From positions 1-51,806 of the forward strand of contig JBILYO010000001.1 of assembly GCA_044377685.1 (NCBI GenBank): a stretch of DNA of 51,806 nt, written 5' to 3'. Under the pieces are notes generated by a model. The model saw nothing but the letters and a program-made list of their open reading frames with translations, searched no databases and was not told the origin of the DNA. Made by a program: the position numbers and the translations under genes. Source of the DNA: Polynucleobacter sp. (lineage in GTDB: Bacteria > Pseudomonadota > Gammaproteobacteria > Burkholderiales > Burkholderiaceae). Shown in pieces: positions 1-9,127 of this stretch (within the stretch, counting starts at the first letter, position 1; each line of letters begins with the position of its first letter).

Positions 1-933
1 GGAATTAAGATTGAGCAAGAGCTCAAAGATCTGAAGTCTGAGCGCAATGATCTAGAGGGCTTATTACAAAGCGATACGGTTTTACGTAAACGTATCATCA
101 AAGAAATTGAAGCCGATATGAAGGATTTTGGTGATGATCGTCGTACCCTCATTCAGGAAGATAAGCGTGCAGTTGCTGAGACAAGAGTGATTGATGAGCC
201 TGTAACGGTGATCGTTTCTCAAAAGGGCTGGGTTCGAGTTCGCCAAGGCCATGAGCATGATATGACTCAATTTAGCTTTAAAGCCGGTGATGCCCTCTAC
301 GCCACCTTTGAAGTTCGCACAGTCGATGTGATTCAAGGTTTTGGTAGTGATGGTCGCGTCTACACTGTGGCTGTTAGCGAATTACCCGGTGCGCGTGGCG
401 ATGGATCACCCTTAACCAGTTTCGTGAACTTGGCACCAGGATCGCAAATGGTTGCCTATTACGCAGGGCAGGCTGATGATCTTGTTCTCATCTCTACCAG
501 AGCAGGCTATGGCTTCTTGGCTAATGTTGCTGATATGAGTACGCGTAATAAGGCTGGAAAATCTTTTATCAGCATAGATAGTAAATCTGAAGGAGATATC
601 CCTTTAGGCGCTGCCAAAGTTGAAATTGGCATGAAGCAGGTTGCATGTTTGTCTGCAGCCTCTAAATTATTGGTATTCCCATTAAATGAACTAAAGCGTT
701 TGCCAACCGGAGGCAAAGGCGTGATCTTAATGGGCATAGATGATAAAGAGGCCTTGGCTTCTGCCATTGCAGTTGGCCCAGAGGGGGCGGCCTACTATGG
801 AACTGGTCGAGGCGGTAAGCCTACTGAACTTAATTTAGATGCAAAGACCTTGAAGTCATTTGCTGGTAATCGTGCACGCAAGGGGCACTTTGTTGAGCCC
901 CGTTTAAAAGATGGCAAGCTTAAAGCAAACTAA
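1..933 (+). CDS. parC: DNA topoisomerase IV subunit A, C-terminal part (5' truncated by window edge)
   Basis: Frame 1 is open from base 1 (GIKIEQELKDLKSERNDLEGLL...KDFGDDRRT). It carries the beta-pinwheel CTD repeats (VTVIVSQKGWVR, RNKAGK, GKGVILM, GNRARKG) and has no GyrA-box. Confidence 0.92.
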   Translation, partial: GIKIEQELKDLKSERNDLEGLLQSDTVLRKRIIKEIEADMKDFGDDRRTLIQEDKRAVAETRVIDEPVTVIVSQKGWVRVRQGHEHDMTQFSFKAGDALYATFEVRTVDVIQGFGSDGRVYTVAVSELPGARGDGSPLTSFVNLAPGSQMVAYYAGQADDLVLISTRAGYGFLANVADMSTRNKAGKSFISIDSKSEGDIPLGAAKVEIGMKQVACLSAASKLLVFPLNELKRLPTGGKGVILMGIDDKEALASAIAVGPEGAAYYGTGRGGKPTELNLDAKTLKSFAGNRARKGHFVEPRLKDGKLKAN

Positions 934-958
934 GCGATTCAATAGCTTGCTTTAAGCA

Positions 959-1918
959 TTACTGTTTTTTTGGAATACTCACGTCGTATTTGACGGCGAT
1001 CACTTCGGCCAAAATAGAAACCGCAATTTCTGGAGGAGTGAGAGCGCCGATATAGATACCAACCGGTCCATGTAGACGATTGATCTGGTCTTGGCTTAAA
1101 TCAAATTCTAGCAGCCGCTCTTTACGTTTTTGGGTATTATTTCTACTGCCTAAGGCGCCGACATAAAAAGCGGATGACTTTAATGCCTCCATTAGAGCCA
1201 TATCATCTAACTTAGGATCATGTGTCAGTGCCACTACCGCAGTATGGGCATCGACTCCAATCTCTAGCAGAACATCATCTGGCATACCTGTACAGAAGGT
1301 GATGTCTGAACGATCTATTCCTTCTGCATATTCCTCACGAGGATCAATCACGATGACTTCAAAGTCAGAGGCGAGTGCAAAGTCAGCCGTATACAGAGAA
1401 AGCTGTCCTGCACCGATGATGACCATCCGCCAACGAGGCCCATAGCTGGTCCGCATTTCTTGCTCGGTACAAGTAAATTCATCATGACGGGTTCCGGTAA
1501 TTAATGTGGACTTACCAGAACTTAAATCTACCGACCGTAATGTGATTTGATGTGATGAGATCAACTCGAGCAATTTTTCTAAGATGGCTAGTTCAGGTTT
1601 TGGCTCTACCAATAAGCGAAGGGTGCCTCCGCAAGGCAGGCCAAAACGCGCTGCTTCTTGCTGGCTTACACCATAGACCACTAGTTCCGGAGTATTTCTA
1701 GTCAAAATTTCAGTTTGGACACGGCGGATCAGGTCATCTTCGACGCAGCCCCCGGAGACTGAGCCTGCGACTTGTCCATCTTGCCTAATGGCAAGCCAAG
1801 AGCCAACAGGACGTGGAGCAGAACCCCAGGTTTGAACTACTGTGGCAATGGCCACAGGGTGACCTTCTTTAAGCCAACGAACGGCAGCTTTGAGAACGCT
1901 TAAATCAGTACTATTCAT
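959..1918 (-). CDS. xdhC: XdhC/CoxI family molybdenum-cofactor chaperone
   Basis: Motifs TWGSAPRPVGS, GSVSGGCVE, GLPCGG, THDPKLDD, YVGALGS, TPPEIAVSILAE. Start moved to ATG at 1918 (MNSTDL) to avoid overlap with the divergent gene. Confidence 0.9.
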   Translation of the reverse strand: MNSTDLSVLKAAVRWLKEGHPVAIATVVQTWGSAPRPVGSWLAIRQDGQVAGSVSGGCVEDDLIRRVQTEILTRNTPELVVYGVSQQEAARFGLPCGGTLRLLVEPKPELAILEKLLELISSHQITLRSVDLSSGKSTLITGTRHDEFTCTEQEMRTSYGPRWRMVIIGAGQLSLYTADFALASDFEVIVIDPREEYAEGIDRSDITFCTGMPDDVLLEIGVDAHTAVVALTHDPKLDDMALMEALKSSAFYVGALGSRNNTQKRKERLLEFDLSQDQINRLHGPVGIYIGALTPPEIAVSILAEVIAVKYDVSIPKKQ

Positions 1919-1970
1919 GCTTGCTAGGATCTTTATGATGGAATCGAGTTTCCTATTTATTATCTCTCTA

Positions 1971-2615
1971 ATGACAACTATCGGTAAATCTTCCAATAAG
2001 ACCAAAACACGGCTGGCAATTTTATTGCTCGCTGCAGGTGAGGGTAGTCGCTTAGGGGGCTTTCCAAAGGCATTATTAAAAAAAGATGGGCAAACATTGC
2101 TACATTCTTTTTGTTTATCAATGCAGGCACTTTCTCCTATTGAGATTGTGATTGTGACTGGATTTCATGCTCAGGAGATTGAGAGTGAGCTAGCATCAAT
2201 AGATACAAGCCAATTACCTTTGCGGATATTGCGCAATCCTCATCCTGAAGCTGGTCAAGCAAGCTCAGTTCGGCTTGGGCTTGAATCTCTCAAATCTGAT
2301 TACGACGCGCTTATCATCGCTTTAAGTGATCAACCCAATGTGGGCGCTTTAGAAATCGAGGCATTATTAGAGCAATTTATGCACCGTGATACTCATCAAG
2401 AAATCGTATTGCCGATGGTTAATGGGCATCGTGGCAACCCAGTTGTGTTTTCAAGGAAGGTTATTGACTTCATCCTAGCAATACCAAGAATGGCGTGCCG
2501 ACCATATATGGATCAATACCCTGAACTTGTCATGATCATGAATACTGACAAGCAAGCATATGTCTTGGATGCCGACACAGAATTAGACATCCAAGCTTTA
2601 GGACTCACTAAATAA
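1971..2615 (+). CDS. MocA/MobA-like nucleotidyltransferase (probable molybdenum cofactor cytidylyltransferase)
   Basis: LLAAGEGSRLGG..KALL, GQASSVRLGL, LSDQP, GHRGNPVVF, D.DT motifs; adjacent to xdhC. Start placed at ATG 1971. Confidence 0.85.
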   Translation: MTTIGKSSNKTKTRLAILLLAAGEGSRLGGFPKALLKKDGQTLLHSFCLSMQALSPIEIVIVTGFHAQEIESELASIDTSQLPLRILRNPHPEAGQASSVRLGLESLKSDYDALIIALSDQPNVGALEIEALLEQFMHRDTHQEIVLPMVNGHRGNPVVFSRKVIDFILAIPRMACRPYMDQYPELVMIMNTDKQAYVLDADTELDIQALGLTK

Positions 2616-2630
2616 TTTTTTTAAATGGAT

Positions 2631-3086
2631 TCAAATTTCTGCAATGAGCTCAATCTCAACGCATGCACCTAAGGGTATTTGAGCAACACCAAACGCACTG
2701 CGGGCATGTTTTCCAGCATCCCCAAAAATCTCGAGTAGCAATTCAGAGCAGCCATTGATCACTAAATGTTGTTCTGTGTATTGTGCAGTTGAGTTCACTA
2801 AACCCATTACTTTAACAATGCGCTTGATTTTGTCCAATGATCCTAAGTGGTCTTGCAATGTAGCGATCAGATCAATTGCAATGGCTCGAGCTGCTGCCTT
2901 CCCGGTATCCGTATCCATATCCTGCCCGAGCTTTCCAACCCAAGGCTTACCATCTCGTTTGGCAATATGACCAGATAAAAAGACAGTATTGCCAGTGGTC
3001 ACAGCCATCACATAGGCAGCAGCAGCTGATCCGGGAGGAGGTAAATCAATACCTAAATTTTTGATGCGTTCGAGAATCTTGCTCAT
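2631..3086 (-). CDS. RidA/YjgF family protein
   Basis: FLSGHI, NGCSELL..IFG..GKHARSAFGVAQIPLGACVEIELI. ATG at 3086 preferred over the upstream TTG. Confidence 0.88.
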   Translation of the reverse strand: MSKILERIKNLGIDLPPPGSAAAAYVMAVTTGNTVFLSGHIAKRDGKPWVGKLGQDMDTDTGKAAARAIAIDLIATLQDHLGSLDKIKRIVKVMGLVNSTAQYTEQHLVINGCSELLLEIFGDAGKHARSAFGVAQIPLGACVEIELIAEI

Positions 3087-3137
3087 GCTGGCTTTCAAAT
3101 AAAAAATTAAAAATGAACTGGGAGGTTTGTAATGATC

Positions 3138-4313
3138 TTACTTAGAAAGTTGTTTCATAGCACTTTCCAAACCATTTAAGGTGACTGGATACATGCGATC
3201 TTTCATTAAATTTTTCATGATGTCGATCGATTGCCTATATTGCCACACAGATTCTGGCTCGGGATTTAACCAAGCGAAGTGAGGAAAATGGCCTAATAGC
3301 CGATTGACCCAAGCGGCGCCAGATTCTTTGTTATTAAACTCCACTGATCCGTTAGGGCTCAATATTTCATAGGGAGACATCGTGGCATCCCCCACAAATA
3401 TCAGCTTATAGTCAGAGCCATATTGATTCATGATTTCTTGAGTGGGAGTCACCTGATCTCTGCGACGTCGATTACTGCGCCATAAATTCTCGTATACGCA
3501 GTTGTGAAAGTAGTAGTGTTCTAAGTGTTTAAATTCGGCTTTAGCTGCGGTAAATAGTTCTGCAATCCGTTGAATATGATCGTCCATTGACCCACCTACA
3601 TCCATCAGCAATAGAACTTTGACTTGATTATGCCGCTCAGGGCGCATCTGAATATCTAGCATTCCTGCATTTGCAGCAGTTGAATGTATGGTTTTATCTA
3701 AATCTAATTCTAAGTTTGAGCCTTCGCGAGCAAAGCGACGCAAACGACGAAGCGCCACTTTGATATTGCGAGTGCCCAGAGCAAGGTTGCTGTCATAGTC
3801 TTTAAATTCCCTCGCTTCCCAGACTTTAATGGCGGTACGATTGCCGGCACTTTCACCTCCAATCCGTATACCCTCTGGATGGTAGCCGCTATGACCAAAT
3901 GGTGAAGAGCCACCAGCACCAACCCATTTCTTGCCACCTCCGTGCCATTCCTTTTGCTCCTTCAGAAGTTCTTCTAGACGTTTTTGAAGTGCTTCTGGAC
4001 CACCTAATTTTTGAAGTGCCGTCTTTTCTTCATCAGTCAGTACCCGCTGCAATTTTTTCTCTAGCCATGCCAAAGGTATCTCTGGAGAGAGCGCAATGAT
4101 TTGTTCTACGCCCTGGAAGTAAGCGCCAAAAACTTGATCGAAGCGATCAAAGTATTGCTCATCCTTCACCAGTGTCATGCGGGATAATTGATAAAACTCA
4201 TCAATCGAAGGATTAATGACGGATGCTTTGAGAGCTTCTAATAATGTTAAAAATTCTCTTACTGAAACAGGAATTTTTGCTTCTTTCAAATGAAGAAAGA
4301 ATTGAATTAGCAT
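3138..4313 (-). CDS. VWA-domain protein (COG3825-like), partner of the MoxR ATPase
   Basis: MIDAS-like LLMDVGGSM, YFHNC, FVGDATMSPYE, WLNP; directly downstream of the MoxR gene. Confidence 0.87.
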   Translation of the reverse strand: MLIQFFLHLKEAKIPVSVREFLTLLEALKASVINPSIDEFYQLSRMTLVKDEQYFDRFDQVFGAYFQGVEQIIALSPEIPLAWLEKKLQRVLTDEEKTALQKLGGPEALQKRLEELLKEQKEWHGGGKKWVGAGGSSPFGHSGYHPEGIRIGGESAGNRTAIKVWEAREFKDYDSNLALGTRNIKVALRRLRRFAREGSNLELDLDKTIHSTAANAGMLDIQMRPERHNQVKVLLLMDVGGSMDDHIQRIAELFTAAKAEFKHLEHYYFHNCVYENLWRSNRRRRDQVTPTQEIMNQYGSDYKLIFVGDATMSPYEILSPNGSVEFNNKESGAAWVNRLLGHFPHFAWLNPEPESVWQYRQSIDIMKNLMKDRMYPVTLNGLESAMKQLSK

Positions 4314-4335
4314 CGATTAAGGCTCTTTCAATCAA

Positions 4336-5217
4336 TTAACGATGGTTACGATTCATCATTACTAAGCGTTCAAAAAGCTGAATATCTTGCTCATTCTTGA
4401 TTAAGGCACCATGAAGGGGAGGTACAACTATTTTTTCATCATCACTATAGAGGGCTTGCGGTGATATATCCTCGGCAAGAAGAAGCTTTAACCAATCAAT
4501 CAATTCCGAAGTAGAGGGTTTCTTTTTTAATCCTGGTAATGAGCGGATTTGGTAAAAAGCCTTTAAGGCCGCCTCGAGTAATTCTTGTTTGATATTAGGG
4601 TGATGAACATCAACAATGCTTTGCATTGTTTGAGCGTCTGGAAAACTGATGTAATGGAAAAAACAGCGGCGCAAAAAGGCATCTGGTAATTCCTTTTCAT
4701 TATTGGATGTAATGATAACTAGCGGTCGATGTTTTGCTTTAATCAACTCCCTTGTTTCGTAGACATAAAATTCCATGCGATCGATTTCGCGTAAAAGATC
4801 ATTTGGAAACTCAATATCAGCTTTGTCAATTTCATCAATCAGTAATACCGTCTGTTCTTCTGCCTCAAAGGCTTGCCATAAAACACCTTTTACAATGTAA
4901 TTTCGAATATCGTTTACTTTTACGTCACCCAATTGAGAGTCGCGTAAACGGCTTACGGCATCGTACTCATACAAACCTTGTTGGGCTTTGGTTGTAGATT
5001 TAATATGCCATTGCAATAAAGGCATATTCAAGGCACCTGCAACTTCTTCGGCAAGCATGGTCTTGCCAGTGCCTGGCTCACCCTTGATCAAAAGAGGACG
5101 CTCAAGGGCAATGGCTGCATTGACAGCGAGCTTTAAATCATCAGTTGCTACATAACTTTGGCTGCCGTCAAAACGGTTTTGAGCTGGATGGGGATTTTGG
5201 GTATTGGATTGATTCAT
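4336..5217 (-). CDS. MoxR-family AAA+ ATPase (PA2707-like subfamily)
   Basis: Walker A GEPGTGKT, Walker B LLIDEIDK, TSNNEKELPDAFLRRC, KKPSTSELIDW. Confidence 0.92.
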   Translation of the reverse strand: MNQSNTQNPHPAQNRFDGSQSYVATDDLKLAVNAAIALERPLLIKGEPGTGKTMLAEEVAGALNMPLLQWHIKSTTKAQQGLYEYDAVSRLRDSQLGDVKVNDIRNYIVKGVLWQAFEAEEQTVLLIDEIDKADIEFPNDLLREIDRMEFYVYETRELIKAKHRPLVIITSNNEKELPDAFLRRCFFHYISFPDAQTMQSIVDVHHPNIKQELLEAALKAFYQIRSLPGLKKKPSTSELIDWLKLLLAEDISPQALYSDDEKIVVPPLHGALIKNEQDIQLFERLVMMNRNHR

Positions 5218-5349
5218 GGGCAGTCAATAAGTCCTTGTTTGAGCGCTTAAGTATAGGTAAAGCCCAGAAAAATTTGGATATTTTTACCAAATTTTTACTT
5301 ATTCTAAAAATGACCAATTGGCAAAAAGCTTGGGCTGGCTGCTGTCCGC

Positions 5350-5378
5350 TATAATCTCTCCAAATTGATTTAAATCAA
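5350..5378 (+). promoter_or_regulatory. -10 box (TATAAT 5350-5355) followed by a perfect FNR/Crp-family box TTGAT-TTAA-ATCAA (5365-5378)
   Basis: Exact match to the TTGAT-N4-ATCAA consensus, upstream of the cytochrome c genes. Confidence 0.7.
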
Positions 5379-5398
5379 ACCTATCAATAATGATTTCC

Positions 5399-5761
5399 AT
5401 GAAAAAACTCCCCATTCTTTCTTATTTGCTTCTAAGCGCTGGCATGGCTTTTGCTGGCTTAGCTCAAGCTGACGAGATCAAAGGTAATGCTGCTGCTGCC
5501 AATGCCAAAGTGTGGCTTTGCGTTGGTTGCCATTCCATTCCAGATTACCGTGCTGACTATCCCTTGGTCTACCGAGTGCCTAAAATAGGAGGTCAGAATG
5601 CTAGCTATATTGCTGCATCCCTGGCTGCCTACAAGAAAGGCGAGAGAAAGCATCCAACAATGCGAGCCATTGCTGGCAGTCTTTCCGATCAGGATATGGC
5701 CGATCTTGGCGAATACTACGCTGCGCAAACTGCCAGCTCACCTATCAACAAGTTGAAGTAA
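5399..5761 (+). CDS. Monoheme cytochrome c (c4/c553-like) with signal peptide
   Basis: Signal peptide MKKLPIL...AQA, CVGCH heme motif, PKIGGQ, distal Met in HPTM. Alternative start at 5390. Confidence 0.92.
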   Translation: MKKLPILSYLLLSAGMAFAGLAQADEIKGNAAAANAKVWLCVGCHSIPDYRADYPLVYRVPKIGGQNASYIAASLAAYKKGERKHPTMRAIAGSLSDQDMADLGEYYAAQTASSPINKLK

Positions 5762-5773
5762 TAGAGGTACGTT

Positions 5774-6127
5774 ATGAAATTTGCTTTAATCACCACAGTA
5801 TTCATGGCAATTTTTGGTGTATTCAATCTTGCGCACGCAGCCAGTATTGACAAAGGCCGAGCGATTGTTGAGAAGGCTAATTGCGCCTCTTGTCATGGTG
5901 CTGGTTTAAATGCGCCTATCTTGCCTGCTTATCCTAAGCTAGCAGGTCAATACGCCGATTATTTGTATTACTCCCTAAAAGCATACAAGGTAGGCAATAG
6001 TAATGCCCAGTACGGTCGTAATAACGCAATAATGGGCTCTCAAGTTCAGGCGTATACCGATGCGGATTTACAAGATATCTCAGCTTATATTGCATCCTTG
6101 CCAGGGATCTTTGTAATTAAAAAGTAA
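5774..6127 (+). CDS. Monoheme cytochrome c (c4/c553-like) with signal peptide
   Basis: Signal peptide ending AHA, CASCH, YPKLAGQ, NAIM; SD AGAGG upstream. Confidence 0.92.
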   Translation: MKFALITTVFMAIFGVFNLAHAASIDKGRAIVEKANCASCHGAGLNAPILPAYPKLAGQYADYLYYSLKAYKVGNSNAQYGRNNAIMGSQVQAYTDADLQDISAYIASLPGIFVIKK

Positions 6128-6145
6128 ATATTAGATATTTAAACT

Positions 6146-6181
6146 AATAGCTTAGACTAATCATCTAAGCTATTGTTTTTT
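6146..6181 (+). terminator. Rho-independent terminator between the convergent cytochrome c and gntR genes
   Basis: 11-bp stem AATAGCTTAGA (6146-6156) / TCTAAGCTATT (6164-6174) followed by a T-run. Confidence 0.75.
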
Positions 6182-6195
6182 ATAATATTTATTAT

Positions 6196-6834
6196 TTAAC
6201 GTACAGCCTCAAGCCCATTCGCAAGATGCTTTTGCATAGCACTTTCAGCGGCTCCCTCATCACGCTTTAGTAGGGCTCTTAGTATTTCTCGATGCTCAAG
6301 CAGTGAGTTTTGGAGTCGTCCCGTACTGGTCAGAGAGTCACGGCGATGGAGTTTTAGCACCTTTCTGAGGTCTGCTATGACACCATTCATCCACCGATTT
6401 CCGGCAATTTCTTGTATTAATTCATGAAATTTCACGTTAATTTCAAAGAACTGCTCAATATCACGATCTGCTGCAGCTGTTTCTAGTCTGTGGTGGAGGT
6501 GATCAAGCAAATTTAATTGCGCTTCAGTTGCCTTGGTAGCGGCTTCTTTTGCTGCTTGGCCTTCAAGAAGAGACAGAATAGTGAAAATTTGCTCTAAATC
6601 ACTCCTGAACACCTCGGTGACATAGGCTCCACGTCTCATTTTGATAGTCACAAGCCCTTCAGAGGCTAAAACCTTGATTGCTTCACGCATGGGAGTACGA
6701 CTAATTCCAAACTGATCTGCAAGACTTTGTTCGTCTAGCCAGCTACCTGGAAGCAATTTCTTGCTAAATATCTGTTCACGCAACTTATCCGCTACGTCTT
6801 CATATAAGGGTCTGTTATTCAATTTTGTATCCAT
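6196..6834 (-). CDS. GntR (FadR/FCD-type) transcriptional regulator of the methylmalonyl-CoA operon
   Basis: wHTH segment GISRTPMREAIKVLASEGLV plus FCD domain (N..FH, EH..I..A); divergent from scpA. Confidence 0.92.
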   Translation of the reverse strand: MDTKLNNRPLYEDVADKLREQIFSKKLLPGSWLDEQSLADQFGISRTPMREAIKVLASEGLVTIKMRRGAYVTEVFRSDLEQIFTILSLLEGQAAKEAATKATEAQLNLLDHLHHRLETAAADRDIEQFFEINVKFHELIQEIAGNRWMNGVIADLRKVLKLHRRDSLTSTGRLQNSLLEHREILRALLKRDEGAAESAMQKHLANGLEAVR

Positions 6835-6881
6835 AATTATGAATACATTATGTAGACAAATTGGATAATGTCAAGCAGAAT
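6826..6881. promoter_or_regulatory. Candidate GntR operator palindrome and overlapping divergent sigma70 promoters for gntR and scpA
   Basis: TGTATCCATAATTATGAATACA (6826-6847) is a 22-bp palindrome with one mismatched pair. Minus strand TTGACA-N16-CATAAT (6874-6847); plus strand TAGACA-N17-CAGAAT (6853-6881). Confidence 0.7.
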
Positions 6882-6926
6882 AGAGAAAATTAGATGCAAT
6901 GCAACAAAACCTACTGGGAGTGGTTT

Positions 6927-9113
6927 GTGACTACAGATCAAAAAAGTACTACAAATAGTGAGTGGCCATCTATTCCGGAAAGCAATTTGGAAAGCTGGAA
7001 AGAATCCGCCCAGAAATCGGCACCCAATGGAAATGTCGATCAATTAGGTTGGAATACACCGGATGGAATTCATCTAAAAGCACTATATACCGCTGCCGAC
7101 ACTGAGGACTTGAAATACAAAAATTCACTTCCAGGTTTTGAGCCATTTATTCGCGGTCCCCAGGCCACGATGTACTCGGTTCGCCCATGGACGATTCGGC
7201 AATATGCTGGATTTTCTACTGCTGAAGAATCCAATGCGTTTTATCGCAAAGCATTAGATGCAGGTGGGCAAGGTGTGTCGGTCGCCTTTGATTTAGCAAC
7301 CCATCGTGGCTATGATTCTGATCATCCGCGTGTAACGGGTGATGTTGGCAAAGCGGGTGTAGCAATAGATTCCATTGAAGACATGAAGATTTTGTTTGAT
7401 GGTATACCGCTCGATAAAGTTTCAGTATCGATGACGATGAATGGTGCAGTCTTGCCAGTGTTGGCTGGGTATATTGTGGCCGGTGAGGAGCAGGGAGTTA
7501 AGCAGGAGCTGCTCTCAGGAACTATTCAGAACGATATTCTGAAAGAGTTTATGGTCAGAAATACTTATATCTATCCGCCTGAGCCTTCAATGCGCATTAT
7601 CGGTGACATCATTGAGTACACCGCCAAATACATGCCTAAATTTAATTCGATTTCAATATCGGGTTATCACATTCAAGAGGCGGGGGCGAATCAAGTGTTA
7701 GAGCTTGCCTTTACTTTGGCTGATGGTAAGGAATATGTCAAGACAGCATTGGCAAAGGGTCTTGATATCGATGGCTTTGCCGGAAGACTTTCATTCTTCT
7801 TTGCAATTGGTATGAACTTTTACCTCGAGGTAGCAAAGCTTCGCGCTGCAAGACTCTTATGGTGGCGCATTATGAAATCATTTGAGCCAAAAAATTCTAA
7901 GTCTTTAATGTTGCGCACACATTGCCAAACCTCAGGCTGGTCGCTCACTGAACAAGATCCCTATAACAACGTTGTGAGAACCACAGTTGAGGCGATGGCA
8001 GCAGTATTTGGCGGAACTCAATCCTTGCATACCAATTCTTTTGATGAGGCAATTGCCTTACCGTCTGAGATTTCCAGCCGAATTGCACGTAATACCCAAC
8101 TTATTTTGCAAGAAGAGACCCATATCACTAGCGTGATCGACCCATGGGCTGGCTCTTATATGATGGAAAATCTTACACAAGAAATGGCTGATAAAGCCTG
8201 GGAAATCATTCAAGAAGTCGATGTGATGGGTGGTATGACTAAGGCCGTAGAAAGTGGTTGGGCAAAATTAAAGATTGAAGCTGCTGCCGCTGAAAAGCAG
8301 GCAAAGATTGATTCTGGGACAGATGTCATTGTTGGAGTCAATAAATACAAGCTCGCAAAAGAAGATCTAGTTGATGTGTTAATGATTGATAACGACAAGG
8401 TCCGTGAAAATCAGGTTGCTCGCCTGAAAGAAATTAGAGCAAAACGTGACTCTAAGAAAGTTCAGGCAGCTTTAGAGGCATTAACAAAAGCGGCGGAAGA
8501 GAATACTGGAAATCTCTTGGAATTAGCGGTCAATGCGATTCGTTTGAGGGCTACAGTTGGTGAAGTCTCTGATGCTTTGGAAAAAATTTACGGGCGCCAT
8601 CGCGCCGATACTCAAAAGGTGACCGGTGTGTATGCAGCCGCTTATGATTCAGCCGAAGGTTGGGAGAAATTAAAAGTTGAAATTGCTGACTTTGCCAAGG
8701 ACTTTGGTCGTCGCCCGCGTGTGATGATCGCTAAATTGGGTCAAGATGGTCATGATCGTGGGGCAAAAGTAGTAGCCACTGCCTTTGCTGACTTAGGTTT
8801 TGACGTTGATATTGGACCTTTATTTCAGACTCCTGAAGAATGCGCCCGTCAAGCCATAGAAAATGATGTACATGCTTTAGGTATTTCTACTTTAGCGGCT
8901 GGTCATAAGACATTAGTTCCCGCCATTATTGCTGAGCTCAAAAAACAAGGCTCTGATGACATTATTGTGTTTGTTGGCGGCGTTATCCCCAGGCAAGATT
9001 ATGACTTTCTATATGAGGCGGGAGTAAAAGGGATTTACGGTCCTGGAACTCCAATTCCGGCTTCGGCAAAAGATGTACTTGAGCTAATTCGTAAATCTGC
9101 TAAGCCTCATTAA
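6927..9113 (+). CDS. scpA: Methylmalonyl-CoA mutase (adenosylcobalamin-dependent)
   Basis: [31 protein letters not shown]12-binding [11 protein letters not shown] start at 6927 follows the SD GGGAG. Confidence 0.96.
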   Translation: MTTDQKSTTNSEWPSIPESNLESWKESAQKSAPNGNVDQLGWNTPDGIHLKALYTAADTEDLKYKNSLPGFEPFIRGPQATMYSVRPWTIRQYAGFSTAEESNAFYRKALDAGGQGVSVAFDLATHRGYDSDHPRVTGDVGKAGVAIDSIEDMKILFDGIPLDKVSVSMTMNGAVLPVLAGYIVAGEEQGVKQELLSGTIQNDILKEFMVRNTYIYPPEPSMRIIGDIIEYTAKYMPKFNSISISGYHIQEAGANQVLELAFTLADGKEYVKTALAKGLDIDGFAGRLSFFFAIGMNFYLEVAKLRAARLLWWRIMKSFEPKNSKSLMLRTHCQTSGWSLTEQDPYNNVVRTTVEAMAAVFGGTQSLHTNSFDEAIALPSEISSRIARNTQLILQEETHITSVIDPWAGSYMMENLTQEMADKAWEIIQEVDVMGGMTKAVESGWAKLKIEAAAAEKQAKIDSGTDVIVGVNKYKLAKEDLVDVLMIDNDKVRENQVARLKEIRAKRDSKKVQAALEALTKAAEENTGNLLELAVNAIRLRATVGEVSDALEKIYGRHRADTQKVTGVYAAAYDSAEGWEKLKVEIADFAKDFGRRPRVMIAKLGQDGHDRGAKVVATAFADLGFDVDIGPLFQTPEECARQAIENDVHALGISTLAAGHKTLVPAIIAELKKQGSDDIIVFVGGVIPRQDYDFLYEAGVKGIYGPGTPIPASAKDVLELIRKSAKPH

Positions 9114-9127
9114 AGCGTATTAAGACC

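Noticed and set aside
6848-6926. Cobalamin riboswitch upstream of the B12-dependent mutase
   Set aside because: The leader is too short and lacks B12-box motifs.
6837-7043. 68-aa minus-strand ORF upstream of gntR
   Set aside because: It overlaps the scpA 5' end and the promoter/operator region and has no supporting signal.
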